Made by a program: the position numbers and the translations under genes. The notes below the pieces were generated by a model, which ran no database searches, was not told where the DNA came from, and was given only the letters and a program-made list of their open reading frames with translations. This document shows, piece by piece, positions 51,401 to 62,184 of a stretch of 64,000 nucleotides of DNA; positions within the stretch are counted from its first letter, which is position 1, and the number at the start of each line of letters is the position of its first letter. Origin of the DNA: Camelus dromedarius. Lineage: Eukaryota. Location of the stretch: assembly GCF_036321535.1 (NCBI RefSeq), contig NC_087436.1, forward strand, positions 83,206,001 through 83,270,000, written 5' to 3'.

Positions 51401-54400
51401 CAGTTCATCACTAGGGCTGATTGTACCTTGGTGGTGCCAGAGCAGTGTCATATAAGGTGCAAGTGACATAATTGTAGAGCAGTCCCCCGTTGTTTCAGAC
51501 GGGGTAGTTGGATCAGAAGACCTGTAATGTTTCTTTCTATTTTGAGATGTCTGTGATATGGATTCACGGACTTCGGGCATTCCTTCATTTATTCAGCAAG
51601 CGTCCGAATCCTTGCTGTGTGTAGGACCCCGAGATGAGACTCCTGATGAAGCAGGAGAGAGGCAGGCTCCCGGTCCTTAGAGGCTCATGGTTTGGTAAGG
51701 GAGGCAGGTACCTCCGTGCGGGTGTCAGCGTGAAGACTGGGTGTGTTTCACACTCCGCTGTCTCCCCTAGAGCCTAGCTTAGAACCTAGTGGGTCAAAAT
51801 AAATTTTTGGGGGGTGAATAAATGTAGTCATTACTAGGGTAGGGAGTGGTCAGCTCCACTTAAGAGTACTCAAAACAAGGTGCCCAGGGCAAGTGGGAGT
51901 TTACCAGGTGCCTCCAGGGAAGGACATTCCAGGCAGTAATGGAGGTGTGCACCAGGGCCCAGGATGTGACGCAGGGTAACTGGCTGGAGAGAACTGCAGT
52001 GGTTCTGAAGGGTGGGGAGGTGAGGGGATGTGGATGAAGAAGAGCAAAGGGGAAGGAGGGGTGTCTGCCATTGGGATGGGTTCTGGTGGAGTTGTCAGGT
52101 ATGCATAACTCTGAAGACTGAGCCTTGTAGTGGCAGCCCAACATAATGTTCTGATATAAAAACAAATAACAAGAATTTTAACTAGTATCTCATAATTTAG
52201 TGATTGAGTTTGAGCTTTGGAGTCAGAAAGACCCAGGAGAGAGTCTCACTCAGCTCTGTGACCCTGAGTTCATTAATTTCTCTGACGTGCAGAGTTCTCA
52301 TTTATAAATTTGGGTTAACAATACCATCTCTGTTAAGGATAAGTGACCTAATATATGTGATTTACTTAGCACAGTGTCTGACAAATAAGATGTGCTGTGT
52401 AAACACTAGTTTATCTCAGTGGGCTTTTAGGCAAATTATTAGTTATCTGAGCCCACGTAACAAATACAAATTCAGAATTCCATTTGAATTTTTTTTCGTG
52501 AACACTTGCATTTTGAATTGGGGAAACTATAAGGAGAGTGGAAGGGCTGGACACTAGGGTTTGGTGGAGAGAGTCTGTGACGAGACAGCTGATTCTGTGA
52601 GAAGATAATAGGAGACCATGTTAGTTTTCATTGTTGCTTTTTGTTTGGTTTTGGTTTTTATATTGTGCTTTTTTGGGTTCTGACACATTTTTCCTCTTTA
52701 AAAATTGGGGTGTGAAAGTGGAATTGGAGGGTAGAATGTGTAATATTATTGGGAGGTCTGCTTTTAGTTCTGAATCTGTTGTTCATCCAACAGAATCTTG
52801 CACATGTGATTTCTTGATTTCCTTCATGGACCCCAATAATTAGATGGGAAAATACTTGTCACATACCTACACCTTAGGTATTTGGGAGGCTGGGTAGGAT
52901 GGGCTGTAAACATGGGTTTTAGAAAAACTATAAATGGCTGTTCCAATTTCATGGGTGGAATGAAAGTCCAGGTTCTATGCTTCATTTTATTACAGTAAGT
53001 TGCACCCAGTTCCTGCTGTGTTTTGAGTGTCTTTTCCCTGATCCTTTTTGACCACAGATAACCACGTGTCTCAGGGAAAATCTGATCAAAAGTCTTCCAT
53101 TTCATTCTCCACACCAAGAAGCTTTAGCAGTTTTCTTCCTTCTCCCAGAATGTCCCGTGATGCATGATTATAACAACTGGGAGAGCCTGGTGGTTCCGTT
53201 TGCTGAGGCTGTTTGTAAAATGAGTGGTCAGTCATCAAGGGTTCTGGGTAAGACTGATGATTTACATTTGAATATACATGAATGTCCTCAATGGAAACGC
53301 AGGCCAAATAAAGTTATGGCAAAACTTAGGTAGATAATTGCAAACACATTCATGCTTTGTAGTTCATATTCTAGCATATTCTGAACATGCTGTAATGGTT
53401 ACTGTGGTCATCCAAGGTAGACTGTGCTAGTACCTCTTTAGTGTTCTTGAAATGATACATGTGGGGCTTGGTCATGAGGTCCTTTGTCCCCTGCTTTTCA
53501 TTAGGAAAAACTTCATGTACAGACGTTGAAAGACAAGTACAGTGGATCTCAGACATTCTCTGCCTGAGAGTCAGCAGCAGCTAACATTGCTGTTACGTGT
53601 GTGTACTTCCTCTCTCTGTACAGATTACAGATAGTACAGGTTTTATTTTGGCTGAATTATTTGAAAGTGAGTTGGAGACATCATGACATTTCACCCATAA
53701 TAATTCTGCATGCATTCCATTGACGTTATCACATCTAATGAAATTAGCCATAATTCAGAAATATTACCTATTATCTAGGTCATATTCAAATTTCTGCACT
53801 TGTCTTCAAAAGTATATTACAACCTTCTTTTTTAAAAAAAAAAAAAGAGCCCAGGTCAGTTGTCCTGTACAGTGTCCCACATCTAGATTTGTCTGTCTGT
53901 TTCCCCTTTTCCAGGTATTTCCAACACTGGAAGATGGGTCTAGAGGCTTGATTAGATTTTAATGAGAGTTTTTTTTTTTTTTTTTTACACAAATAGCATA
54001 TTCAGCCCAAGGAAGTCCATTCTTTCTTACGTTTTATTAAGTTTAGATAACAGTGTTAAGTGATAAAAAGCCAGTTTAAAGTAGTTTTTGTTATTTAACA
54101 ATGCTGAAATATGGTTTATAAATTTTTTTTCTTTTTGTTTTTCTGATGGAGATACCGGGGGTTGAACCCAGGACCTTGTGTATGCTGAACATGTGCTCTA
54201 CCACTGAGCTATACCCTCCCTCAGAAATACAGTTTTTAAGAGTTGAAAATACGGTTTTTAAGAGTTAGAAACTCATGGTGGGAGTGCAGAAAAAGAGTCA
54301 TGTAATCACAAGTAGTTCTTAATCTGGCTTTTAATACTGTATGCTATTTCATCCAGGCAAAGAAAGTGACTAATTTTGTCTGTTTTCCCCTCCACGAATT

Positions 54401-57400
54401 AATTAGACCAAGTTTGTGGTTCTATTACTGTTAAGGAATTTTTTCAAGGACATTAAATTCTAAACTTTTAATTGCAGTTGTATTCACTGAAATTTTTATT
54501 ATAAATATGCCTTTTTAACTGTGATATATATGAAAATATTCTATCAGTTTTAGAAAATATTGACCACTTTTTACGTTTAAGAATCCAAGAGACATTACAT
54601 GCTAACAGTTGTTTACCTTTGTATCCCTCAGAGGAATATTGGGCTTCTCTGCAAGAATCTACTTTCATCACACTGGTCCAGATGTTTAAAAACGCCATCG
54701 TTGCTCAACTGCATTATTGGAATGAAAGTGCTGAGAATAACTGTCACATTAAAGCTCTGCTAGAAATGTTAAAAAAGCTGCACAGGGTAAGGGTTCTTTT
54801 AGAAACCCATATATTTTTATTTTCCTTGATTTCACCTGGCTTGAATCTTAAGCAGACGCTTATAAAACATTAAGTTTATATCACTATTTTTAAAATTGTG
54901 GTTTTTGTGAAGTAAGTCATGCATATAAAGGATTGTGTATAGTAGCTATGTATGGCTTAAAGAAAAGTGGTAAAACAAGTATCAGTGTAATTAGCACCCA
55001 CGTTAAAAAGAAAACGTCCTCTCACAGATTGTGTCCCCTCACCTTCAGGAGGTTGCTGGGTCCTGGATTTTGGATGAATCATTTCCTTGCTCTTCTCTAT
55101 TATTTTATGACTTTATATGTCTCTAGGTACTATGCTGTTTAATTTTGCTGTTTTCAAAATATAATATGAATGGAATACATGCTGCTTACACAACATTTTG
55201 TTGTTATAGATTCATCCAGATTAATACTTATGCCTGTGTTTATTTTGTTTTCACGTTTGTGTCCTAGTCCACAGTGTGAATCTACCACAGTTATCCATTC
55301 CAGTACTGATGGATGTACAGTATGTGCTGTTTGCGATTCTTTTTTAGGGGAGGCTTCCTCTATGAGAAAACATGCTGCTGTCAGCATTTTTGTACATACC
55401 TCTTGGTGTTCACATGTCAAGAGTTAGTTTTCAATTCCCACACCTAATTTTAGGACTGATGGGTTGGAGGATATGCCTGTGTTGTTCTTTATTGGTAGTG
55501 ACTAACTGTCTTCCAAAGTGGTTGGACCAGTTGAAATCCTCTCCAAGAGATGATAAGAATTCTACTGCTCCATCTCTGACTTTAAAATTTGGAAAATATT
55601 TTTGGTACCATATTGAAATGGTGCCAAATTATGATTTTATTTGTATTTCCCTGGTTCTAATGCATTAGAGCATATTTTCATGTTTGTAATTGTAGTGTTT
55701 ATTTCCTCTTCTGTAAAATGCCTGTCCTTTTGCCCATTTTAAATGTATTCAGCTTTTTTTTAATCAATTATAGGAGTTCTTTTTATTTCGAATACTAGTC
55801 CTTTGTCAGTTGTATGTGTTGCAAATATCAAGTCCCAGTCTGTAGCTTGTCTTGGTATTTTTTGATGAACTCACGTTCTTAATTTTAATATGAATTTGTC
55901 AGTCCATTCCTTTATAATCTTTACTCCATGTGTTTTGTTTTAAACCTTTTTTTCCCTTTAAGGTTTTAAATTACCACCCTAAATCAGGGATCAGCAGGGC
56001 TTCTTTTTGGAAAGGACCAGATGGTAAATATTTTAGGCTTTGTGAGGCACATGGTTTCTGCCACCAAGTGCAGCTGTTGCACTCGGGGTAGTACATGAAA
56101 ATGAATGGGCGTGGCTGTGTCCAGTAAGACTTTACAAATAAGCAGAGGGCCTGATTTGGCCCCAGAAGCTGCCCTAGATAGTCTTCTAACAGATGATAGC
56201 CAGGACCAGAGGAAGAGTACAAACAGAGGCCCATAAACTGCATGTCTAAAGGTTAGAAATCTAGCTGACAGCCTGTTGAATGAAATGAAATATGCTATCC
56301 TTCCACCTTGACAAATAAACCTTCCTAATGACAAGGGAGGCCAGGTTTGAATTTAGAAATCTTGAGTCTTTACAGAGTCCTGCACTGAATGCTGAGGCTC
56401 AGCTGCACTGCCCTTCTTTTCCTGCCTTGGTTTTATCCTACACCAGGGGCGTCACGTGCTCAGTTGTGGGCACCTCGGTCCATGTGTCTTTTTTCTGTCC
56501 CCACCTCCTGCAACAGCCGCCCCTTAGCCAATCTTGGAGCCTTGGGGTGCGCTCACCTATGACACGGCCGCTCCCCAGAGAGCCAGTGGCCGGAGAGGCC
56601 TGTGCAGGTCCTGGAGCTGACTTGGAGACATCTGGGTAGGGATTTCCAGGTTTTGGGTTCTGGAGCTCAGTCTCGAAGGGGATGTGTGGGCTGCATGTAG
56701 ACAGGTCTCCTTGACCCTGCAGACCCCTTTTGGGAAGGGGGTTGGCTGGAGGAAGGCCAGAGCAAGGACCTTTACATCATAGACACAGGGCAGGAAGGCT
56801 TTGCTGGTCCGTTTTTGCTGTCTTTTGTTTCTGCTGTCTTGTTTCTGCTGACTCTTGCTCACTGCTCCTTCATTATCATATGTTTTGTGACTCTGCATGT
56901 GTTTGCGTGTGTGTGTGAGTGCTTGTGTGCTGCTCATTTTCCTTGGAACTTATATCTTTTGGAATTCTTTCAGGGCTGGGTCTCTTTAGGGAGCATTGCT
57001 TCTGCCAGGCTCCTGGGAGACATCACCAGTTTGGTACTATTAAATTAGTCTTTAATTTAAAGATTAGCATTTAATTGAAAGATTAAAACTTTGGCTTGAA
57101 GCTTTTTAGATCTCCAGGTGGTATGAATCTGGAGTGTGAATTTTCCGGAGAGCACTTTTGTAATTATCCTGTAGGCGACATTTTTTTCCCAACTCAGCAC
57201 CATTGTAAGTACAGTTTGCCTCAGGGTCTTGGAGTCAAGGTGGAGACAGGTTGATGCAGGAGTGAAGGAAACAGCTTGTTCATTTCTAGTTTTGCTCTGA
57301 TGGTTTAGCCCTTTTGGGTCCCAAATTGACGAGGTGAGGTTCCCTTACTTGAGCAGAAACTGAGCTTTGTCTCCTTTCCTGAAAGCCCCAGCTATTGGAA

Positions 57401-60400
57401 ACGGAAGTTCAAGTTCACCAGGTTTGGCAAATACTCTCAAGGCCACTTTTACTTAGTTTTTAACTATTTAACTTTTAACTTAGTTATTAAATATCTACTT
57501 ACAAAATCAGTATTGCACCAAAAAATGTTGGTTTACAGTGTATCCCATGTTTATGGTTGTTTTCAGTAAATCAAAGTGCCTGATCCATCATACTTCTTAA
57601 AAAAAAAGTCTGACCTACTGCTAAAAAGTGACGCCTGCTCTTGGCTATCTTTAAACGTTTTGTACAAAAATGACAGATTAATCAAAAAATAATTCAGGTA
57701 TTGAAAAATTGAGAAATTTACTGAAGAACTCAGGGAAAGTGTATTGTAATGAGCTTGCCACTTATGAAGAGAATTCCTAGAAATACTGAACCAGCGACAG
57801 AAGAAATCTTGAAGGGGTCCTGTTTTGTCCTTTGACTCTAATAGGCGAAGTTAGAATATTTGTCAAGGTCCCCCCCATTTCAAGAAGAATACATGAAGAT
57901 GAAGTGCCCTCTTTCTTAATGACTCTGGGGATACTGAGTTTGTTTGCAGTTCAGGGCTGAGATCAGCAGGGTCCAGAGGACCATAGTCAGAGGAGTGAAA
58001 CAGCTTCCCCATGCAGTCCTATGAGGCCTGGATCATTGGGGTCTGGGCCAGAGTCAGAAAGAATATTCCAGATGAATGGTCTTACACAGCCAAGAGGGGT
58101 CTTCAGAAGACCTCCAGAGAATGAGTCATTTAGGCCAGAACTGTGCCCACCAGGCCAGATACTGATGGTTACTCATGTCCAGAGCATCCAGTATCTTTAT
58201 CAGTGTCTTCACTGACCGATGATTAGCATGGTGCCAGGGTGTTCATTCCATGCATGTCATAAAAGCCCTGCTCATCCTGGGGATGGAAGGCTGGGAAATT
58301 CCCCCACAGTTTAGCGGGGGAATGTTCCAAATGTGCCTTGCTGGGGAAACATCTATAAATGGTACATTGTTAAGCTCTGAAGAACACGGCATGAAATACC
58401 GGGCCCCAGAGTAGTTTGGATTCATAGTACACTGTTAATTTTCTTTGGACTTAAGTTTCTTTAAAACTTCTCTAGGAATTAAAAGTAACTAGAAGTTTAT
58501 CATCATACCATCAATTTCTACTATTAAATCTTAGGTATTCTCTATGTTTCTGAAAGTTTGGGGCTTTGGTGGTGGAGAAATTGGATAGAACTTATTAATT
58601 CTGGTCATTAAAAGTGTATTTAATTTGCTATTTATTCTGATAGTCTTATAGCCATTAAGCAAAATTGTCTTTATATATAGAACTTTCTCACAGGTCCTAT
58701 TTTATTTAAGGTAAACCAGACTAAATATCAATTGCCTGAAAATATCTTCAAAGTAAATGAACTCACGCACTGGCTTGATTTTTATGCAGACGCATGTAAA
58801 AGGTCATCTTGGAAAATGAACTCAGTAAGTATGATTTATCTAAAGGGGGTATTGACCATCAGCGAGTTAACACAGCATTTATGACATTGTAAATCAACTA
58901 TACTTCAGTTTAAAAAAAAGAAAAAATGTAGGCATTTGTGCTATAACTTTGCACGAGAGTTCCTCCCAATTTTTGCAGTCTGCAGAATTGCCCAATAGAA
59001 ATAGCAGGGCTTATGAGAAAAGCAGGAGAGACCCCTCAAAACCTGTGCAGTTTTGTAGCCAGAGCATTGAAAGAAAAGTGGTTGCCACTGGGAGGGATAG
59101 CTTGGACCAACCAGGCAAGCAGCCCGTGGAGAGTGCCACGAGGAGATGAAAAACGCACAAAAACCGAAGGGTAGCCATCTGTCCGAGCTCTAAGCAGTGA
59201 TGGGTGATCCTGAGAAATACAGCTGGGAGTGGAGCTCCGCTCTACAGGTGGGCATAGGAGGCAGGGTGACTCACCAGGAGCCAGCAGTATAAGGGAGGCT
59301 GTAGCTTTGGGGAGGGTTGCCTGGATGTAAGTACTTTTATTTTCTTAAAATAAAGCTAAAGGGCTGTTGATGCCAGTTCAGCAGCTAACCTGAGATTTTA
59401 AAATTTCTTTTCTCTGAAGGTTGTAATTCTCCTCCTAGCACATCAACGTTTGCCTGACAAAAATCACATATGAGCTAACCAGCTATCTACTAATGATTCC
59501 ATTCCCTGTTGACCAAATGCATCTGAACTAACTCACATTTCACAAGTGCAGGTGGCAACAGAGCAGGCTCTTTGGGAATGTGTCCAGAGTTTATAATTAA
59601 TGGCTGAATTAAATGAGCACTGAACATACTGTTTATATACCATTCATTGATACACAGAAAACATTTTCTTAGAATTTTATGTGTATCAGTACTGCTGACC
59701 AGCATTTTGGGTTGCCTTGGCTATAGGTACTAAGACCTTAAACCATCAGGGATTTGAGGCTAAGAGGTAAGGCGTTAAGATTTCTCTGTCCTTTCATTTA
59801 TCAGAACTGTTGTCATTTCCATTTTTAGGACACTTCAGTAGACATCCAGTCTCCTGTCATATTCAGTCATTTTCCATTTATCTTTAACATTCTGTCGAAA
59901 ATTAAACTACTGTATGCAGACTCGCTTTTAAAAATACAGGTATGCATGCTCTATTTTGTCTTCATTAGCAAGTCAAATGACAAGGACCTTTTTCAGGGTA
60001 TAGTATTTGGCGGGTATTAAGGGAGCCACCCACTGGTGAAACCAATGGTCATAACCTTCATGGAACTCGTACTCTAATGAAGAAGGTAAGAGCGACTGTC
60101 ATAATTTGGGTTGGCCTTGAGGCGTACTTGGGCTTCAGTAGCAAAGGGCAGAGCTTGGGCAGCTGGCCTGGTTGTAGGGCTTTTCCCTTGAGGTTGGTGC
60201 CTGTAGTCTTGTGAATGGTGCTCAGAGAGGAACAGCAGACCTGGGCTTGTTGGAATTAGCACCAGTATTTAAGGAGGTCCAATCTAGTGGGAAAACATAG
60301 TAGTGGGAATAGAGGTGACAGAAGATTCTTGAAACTCAGACCCAAATAAATGGCTGGTACTCTGTGATGGTGCCACAATAAATGTTCGTAAAAAGTGTTT

Positions 60401-61655
60401 CCTTTTGGGTGTGCTTACTGTCAGCATCTGAGTTAGTTCTGTTTGTCAGCTTATCCTGCAAAGTGGTTTTGAACTTAAGGTTGTACAGTTAAAAATGCCT
60501 CAGGAAATGGACCTCAACACATTGTTGTAAGGATTAAATTTGTTACATAAGTAAAGCACTTGGAACAGTGCCTCATACAAAGTAAGTGCCCAACAGTGTT
60601 AGCTCTTGTTATCACTTCACTCTCTTTTCATGTAGATATGCACGGATAATATTCAAATAGATGTAATAAAAGTAGACATTTTCACATAGTGCAGTTACCA
60701 TAATAAAACAAAATAGGAAATTGATGATTTCTAAGTATGACCATTAATGAAATATTTAACAAAGGACAATGGAAGGAAAAAAGATAGAAGAACTCTATCT
60801 TGCTTCAACTCTTGTAACTATTCTCTCCTGATTTTAAACAAGCTTCCAGTAATTATTTTGCAGAATTTGATTGCTCCTTATTTTGCTAAGAGATACAAAT
60901 GATCCCAAATTGCCATTTGTTTTCAGATGGACAGTTTGCGTGTGTCTCTCTCTTATATTAACTTCCTAGATTATCTGTCCCCTGAAATCTCTTGTCTGGG
61001 TTTTCCTCCTAGCAAAGAATATCTTTAGAGAGGCCTCTCCTTCTGCACTTCCCTGCACTCGGCTGCTTTTCTAAACTTCTCGGCTTCTCTTCCTGATGAG
61101 CGTGTTAGTGTCAGGCTCTGCTTCATTGTTCACTAATAGTCTCAAGGCCACTGATGAACATAGTGATTGATGATGACTGAAGTGGTTGTAGTTGTGTCTA
61201 CGGGATAAAGTGGTCCAGTGGGGTCTGCAGTTGGTCACCATCCTGCTCACCCAAGTTGGCTCCACAGAGCTTTTCATTCCCCAGGTCCCGTGTTTCCTCT
61301 GTTTGCTGGGAGGTGGCGGGGTGGGGGATATTGAATATATAGCGTATCTCCAGTGGTGTATATAGGGCCCTTTGCATAAATGTTTGTGACGTGTGCTTAA
61401 AATAAACTGAACCAGTTTTTCCACTTTGTAAATTTCTACTTAGAGCAAATGGTGAAATGAAGTGAAATGTTTCTCTTTTCCCAGGAGAAGAAATTACGCA
61501 TGTGTATGAGGTTGGCTGGCATTATGGGACGAGAAGGGTCCCCACTGGCCTTGCTGCCCACCTTTAACCTAACAGTCAGAAGGAATCACTTGATTGAGGA
61601 TGCTTTGAATCAGCTAAATCAGTTCGAGAATGAAGATCTGAGGAGGGAGTTACTG
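35849..61655 (+). CDS. HERC5: HERC5 ISG15/E3 ligase, 5' part (coding exons 1-16; continues beyond the window)
   Basis: Manual splicing gives 2160 nt open (720 aa), MEQRSQKSSR...LWLFPSAAGL.... It has RCC1 repeats (ITCGDYHSLAL, WGQNLHGQLG, ISAGEAHSLAL, ACGGSHSALL), the spacer and the HECT start (TVRRNHLIEDALNQL), matching remembered human HERC5. Confidence 0.95.
37112..37222 (-). mobile_element. tRNA-Ala-derived (Vic-1-like) SINE
   Basis: atggagatactgggaattgaatctaggacctcg...gcgctctaccact. Confidence 0.85.
38261..38381 (+). CDS. HERC5: HERC5 exon 2
   Basis: ctgcag|AGTGC...CAAG|gtagga; CIKLGKKMKIHSMDQGVEHMLILSSDGKPFEYNYSMEHA. Confidence 0.93.
39041..39117 (+). CDS. HERC5: HERC5 exon 3
   Basis: gatcag|GTTT...AAAG|gtactt; FQCILQEKSIIQITCGDYHSLALAK. 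Confidence 0.93.
40657..40798 (-). mobile_element. tRNA-Ala-derived (Vic-1-like) SINE
   Basis: gatggaggtactggggattgaacctagga...ctaagtatgcgttctacca; TSD gtttcaa. Confidence 0.85.
40994..41324 (-). mobile_element. MaLR LTR (MLT1A-like)
   Basis: acatttatttctcacagttctg; aatcccattcacgaaggctccaccctc; cacctcctaataccatcaca. Confidence 0.8.
41543..41764 (+). CDS. HERC5: HERC5 exon 4
   Basis: gtcaag|GTGGT...GACA|gtatgg; GELYAWGQNLHGQLG...WGRNDFGQLGLGHTD. Confidence 0.93.
42958..43049 (+). CDS. HERC5: HERC5 exon 5
   Basis: gcacag|ATAAAG...AAG|gtgcgt; KDYPALIEALDNQTIEFLACGGSHSALLTK. Confidence 0.93.
43315..43445 (+). CDS. HERC5: HERC5 exon 6
   Basis: ctttag|GATGGG...GAAG|gtaagt; DGLVFTFGAGKYGQLGHNSTQNELKPCLV...QIACG. 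Confidence 0.93.
44360..44961 (-). mobile_element. MER21-like ERV LTR
   Basis: ccaaacagggaagctcaccca..; tggttgaactcagtctccagc; acctcccaggaactgaggacaaag...ttcttcacttacaca. Confidence 0.65.
45400..45545 (+). CDS. HERC5: HERC5 exon 7
   Basis: taacag|GCGG...TTTG|gtaaat; RHTLAFVSDLGKVFSFGSGKEGQLGNGG... Confidence 0.93.
46649..46725 (+). CDS. HERC5: HERC5 exon 8
   Basis: tttcag|AAAGC...GAG|gtaaaa; SRTSEKELIMIAGGNQSILLWMEKE. Confidence 0.93.
47439..47542 (+). CDS. HERC5: HERC5 exon 9
   Basis: gtttag|AATTCC...AAAG|gtacac; NSYVNLRRKIPTLNEGTVKRWIADVGTKRWQNTK. Confidence 0.93.
47640..48073 (-). mobile_element. MLT2-type ERVL LTR with (TG)n(AG)n
   Basis: ctccagagaaacagaa..; ggccttcaactgattggatgagg; caagttgacacatacaattaaccgtcaca. 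Confidence 0.85.
48823..48882 (+). CDS. HERC5: HERC5 exon 10
   Basis: atctag|GGAAATC...AAAG|gtaata; EIREIFSSTACLTGSFLRE. Confidence 0.93.
48920..49158 (+). mobile_element. L1MA-type 3' end (sense orientation)
   Basis: gttaataatactatattgtatatttgaaagttgctaagaga..gatcttaaaagttctcatcaca; A-rich tail. Confidence 0.8.
50209..50302 (+). CDS. HERC5: HERC5 exon 11
   Basis: ccacag|AATAG...ACG|gtggta; IAGEMVSIHLDLNIARNIFKKLTQKDWITNT. Confidence 0.88.
52205..52405 (+). mobile_element. MIR
   Basis: gctttggagtcaga..; ctgtgaccctgag; cttagcacagtgtctgaca. Confidence 0.7.
53058..53247 (+). CDS. HERC5: HERC5 exon 12
   Basis: ccacag|ATAACC...CTGG|gtaaga; [37 protein letters not shown]... Confidence 0.93.
54122..54221 (-). 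mobile_element. tRNA-Ala-derived (Vic-1-like) SINE
   Basis: gatggagataccgggggttgaacccaggacc...gctctaccactgagctataccctccc. Confidence 0.9.
54632..54786 (+). CDS. HERC5: HERC5 exon 13
   Basis: cctcag|AGGAA...AGG|gtaagg; EYWASLQESTFITLVQMFK...EMLKKLHR. Confidence 0.93.
54880..55970 (-). mobile_element. Old L1 fragments
   Basis: T-rich L1 3'UTR/ORF2-like text (ttgtatgtgttgcaaatat, ttcttaattttaat). Confidence 0.6.
55985..56185 (-). mobile_element. MER58A-like DNA transposon
   Basis: aaaggaccagatggtaaatattttaggcttt...aatgaatgggcgtggctgtgtcca..gatttggccc. Confidence 0.75.
58711..58824 (+). CDS. HERC5: HERC5 exon 14
   Basis: tttaag|GTAAAC...TCA|gtaagt; VNQTKYQLPENIFKVNELTHWLDFYADACKRSSWKMNS. Confidence 0.9.
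58884..58926 (+). mobile_element. Tiny 5'-truncated L1 tail
   Basis: acattgtaaatcaactatacttca plus A-tail, the reverse complement of the L1 ends at 2440/32080; approximate TSD gcattt(a/g)tg. Confidence 0.65.
59829..59939 (+). CDS. HERC5: HERC5 exon 15
   Basis: ttttag|GACACT...CAG|gtatgc; DTSVDIQSPVIFSHFPFIFNILSKIKLLYADSLLKIQ. Confidence 0.93.
61485..61655 (+). CDS. HERC5: HERC5 exon 16
   Basis: tcccag|GAGAAG...CTG|gtaaag; ...PTFNLTVRRNHLIEDALNQLNQFENEDLRRELL. Confidence 0.93.
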
Positions 61656-62184
61656 GTAAAGTACAATTCCCACTTAACATTTTGGCTGCTGGGAGAAGGA
61701 AAACGTAAAAGAATGTAACAGTGGGCCTTACAGAGGGGAATTGGCTCCGTTTTCTGCTGGGGTGTCCATGTTGGAGATCCCCTAATTCCCCAGGTGCCTG
61801 TGAATTCCAGGTGAGAGCTGGAGGCACTCGGTACACGCTGACTAAGGAGGAGCAGGTGAAACGGTTGTGTTCCCCCAGCCTGGTCAGGTAGCTCGCCCAC
61901 CACTAGCCCTGAGGTCCAGTCCCTCCTGAGGCCTGGCTGATCACTACCTTTTAAGGGTTCCAGTGACATGTGGATGACACAGAGGAGAACTGAGGGTTTG
62001 TTTCTGCTCTCGTGCCGGAACCCAGATTGCTTTGTCGAAGAAAGAACTTACTGACTATGTAGTGTTTTGAGGGTATAATTGTAGATAATCCCCATGTCCT
62101 GAACATTCATTAATGGTCTTTGGTTTAATTACTGTCTAAGCTGTCTTACTAATGGATATTTGACACAGAATAACAGTACTGACT

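Noticed and set aside
16942..56185. MER58A-like elements in paralogous introns of both genes as evidence of a pre-duplication insertion
   Set aside because: They have opposite orientations and different positions and belong to a common family, so independent insertions are more likely.
3302..61655. Possible pseudogenisation or chimerism of either gene
   Set aside because: Both spliced frames are open with canonical sites and the HERC6 catalytic Cys is intact. Each exon resembles its own remembered ortholog more than the paralog. The HERC6 5' end and HERC5 3' end are not visible.
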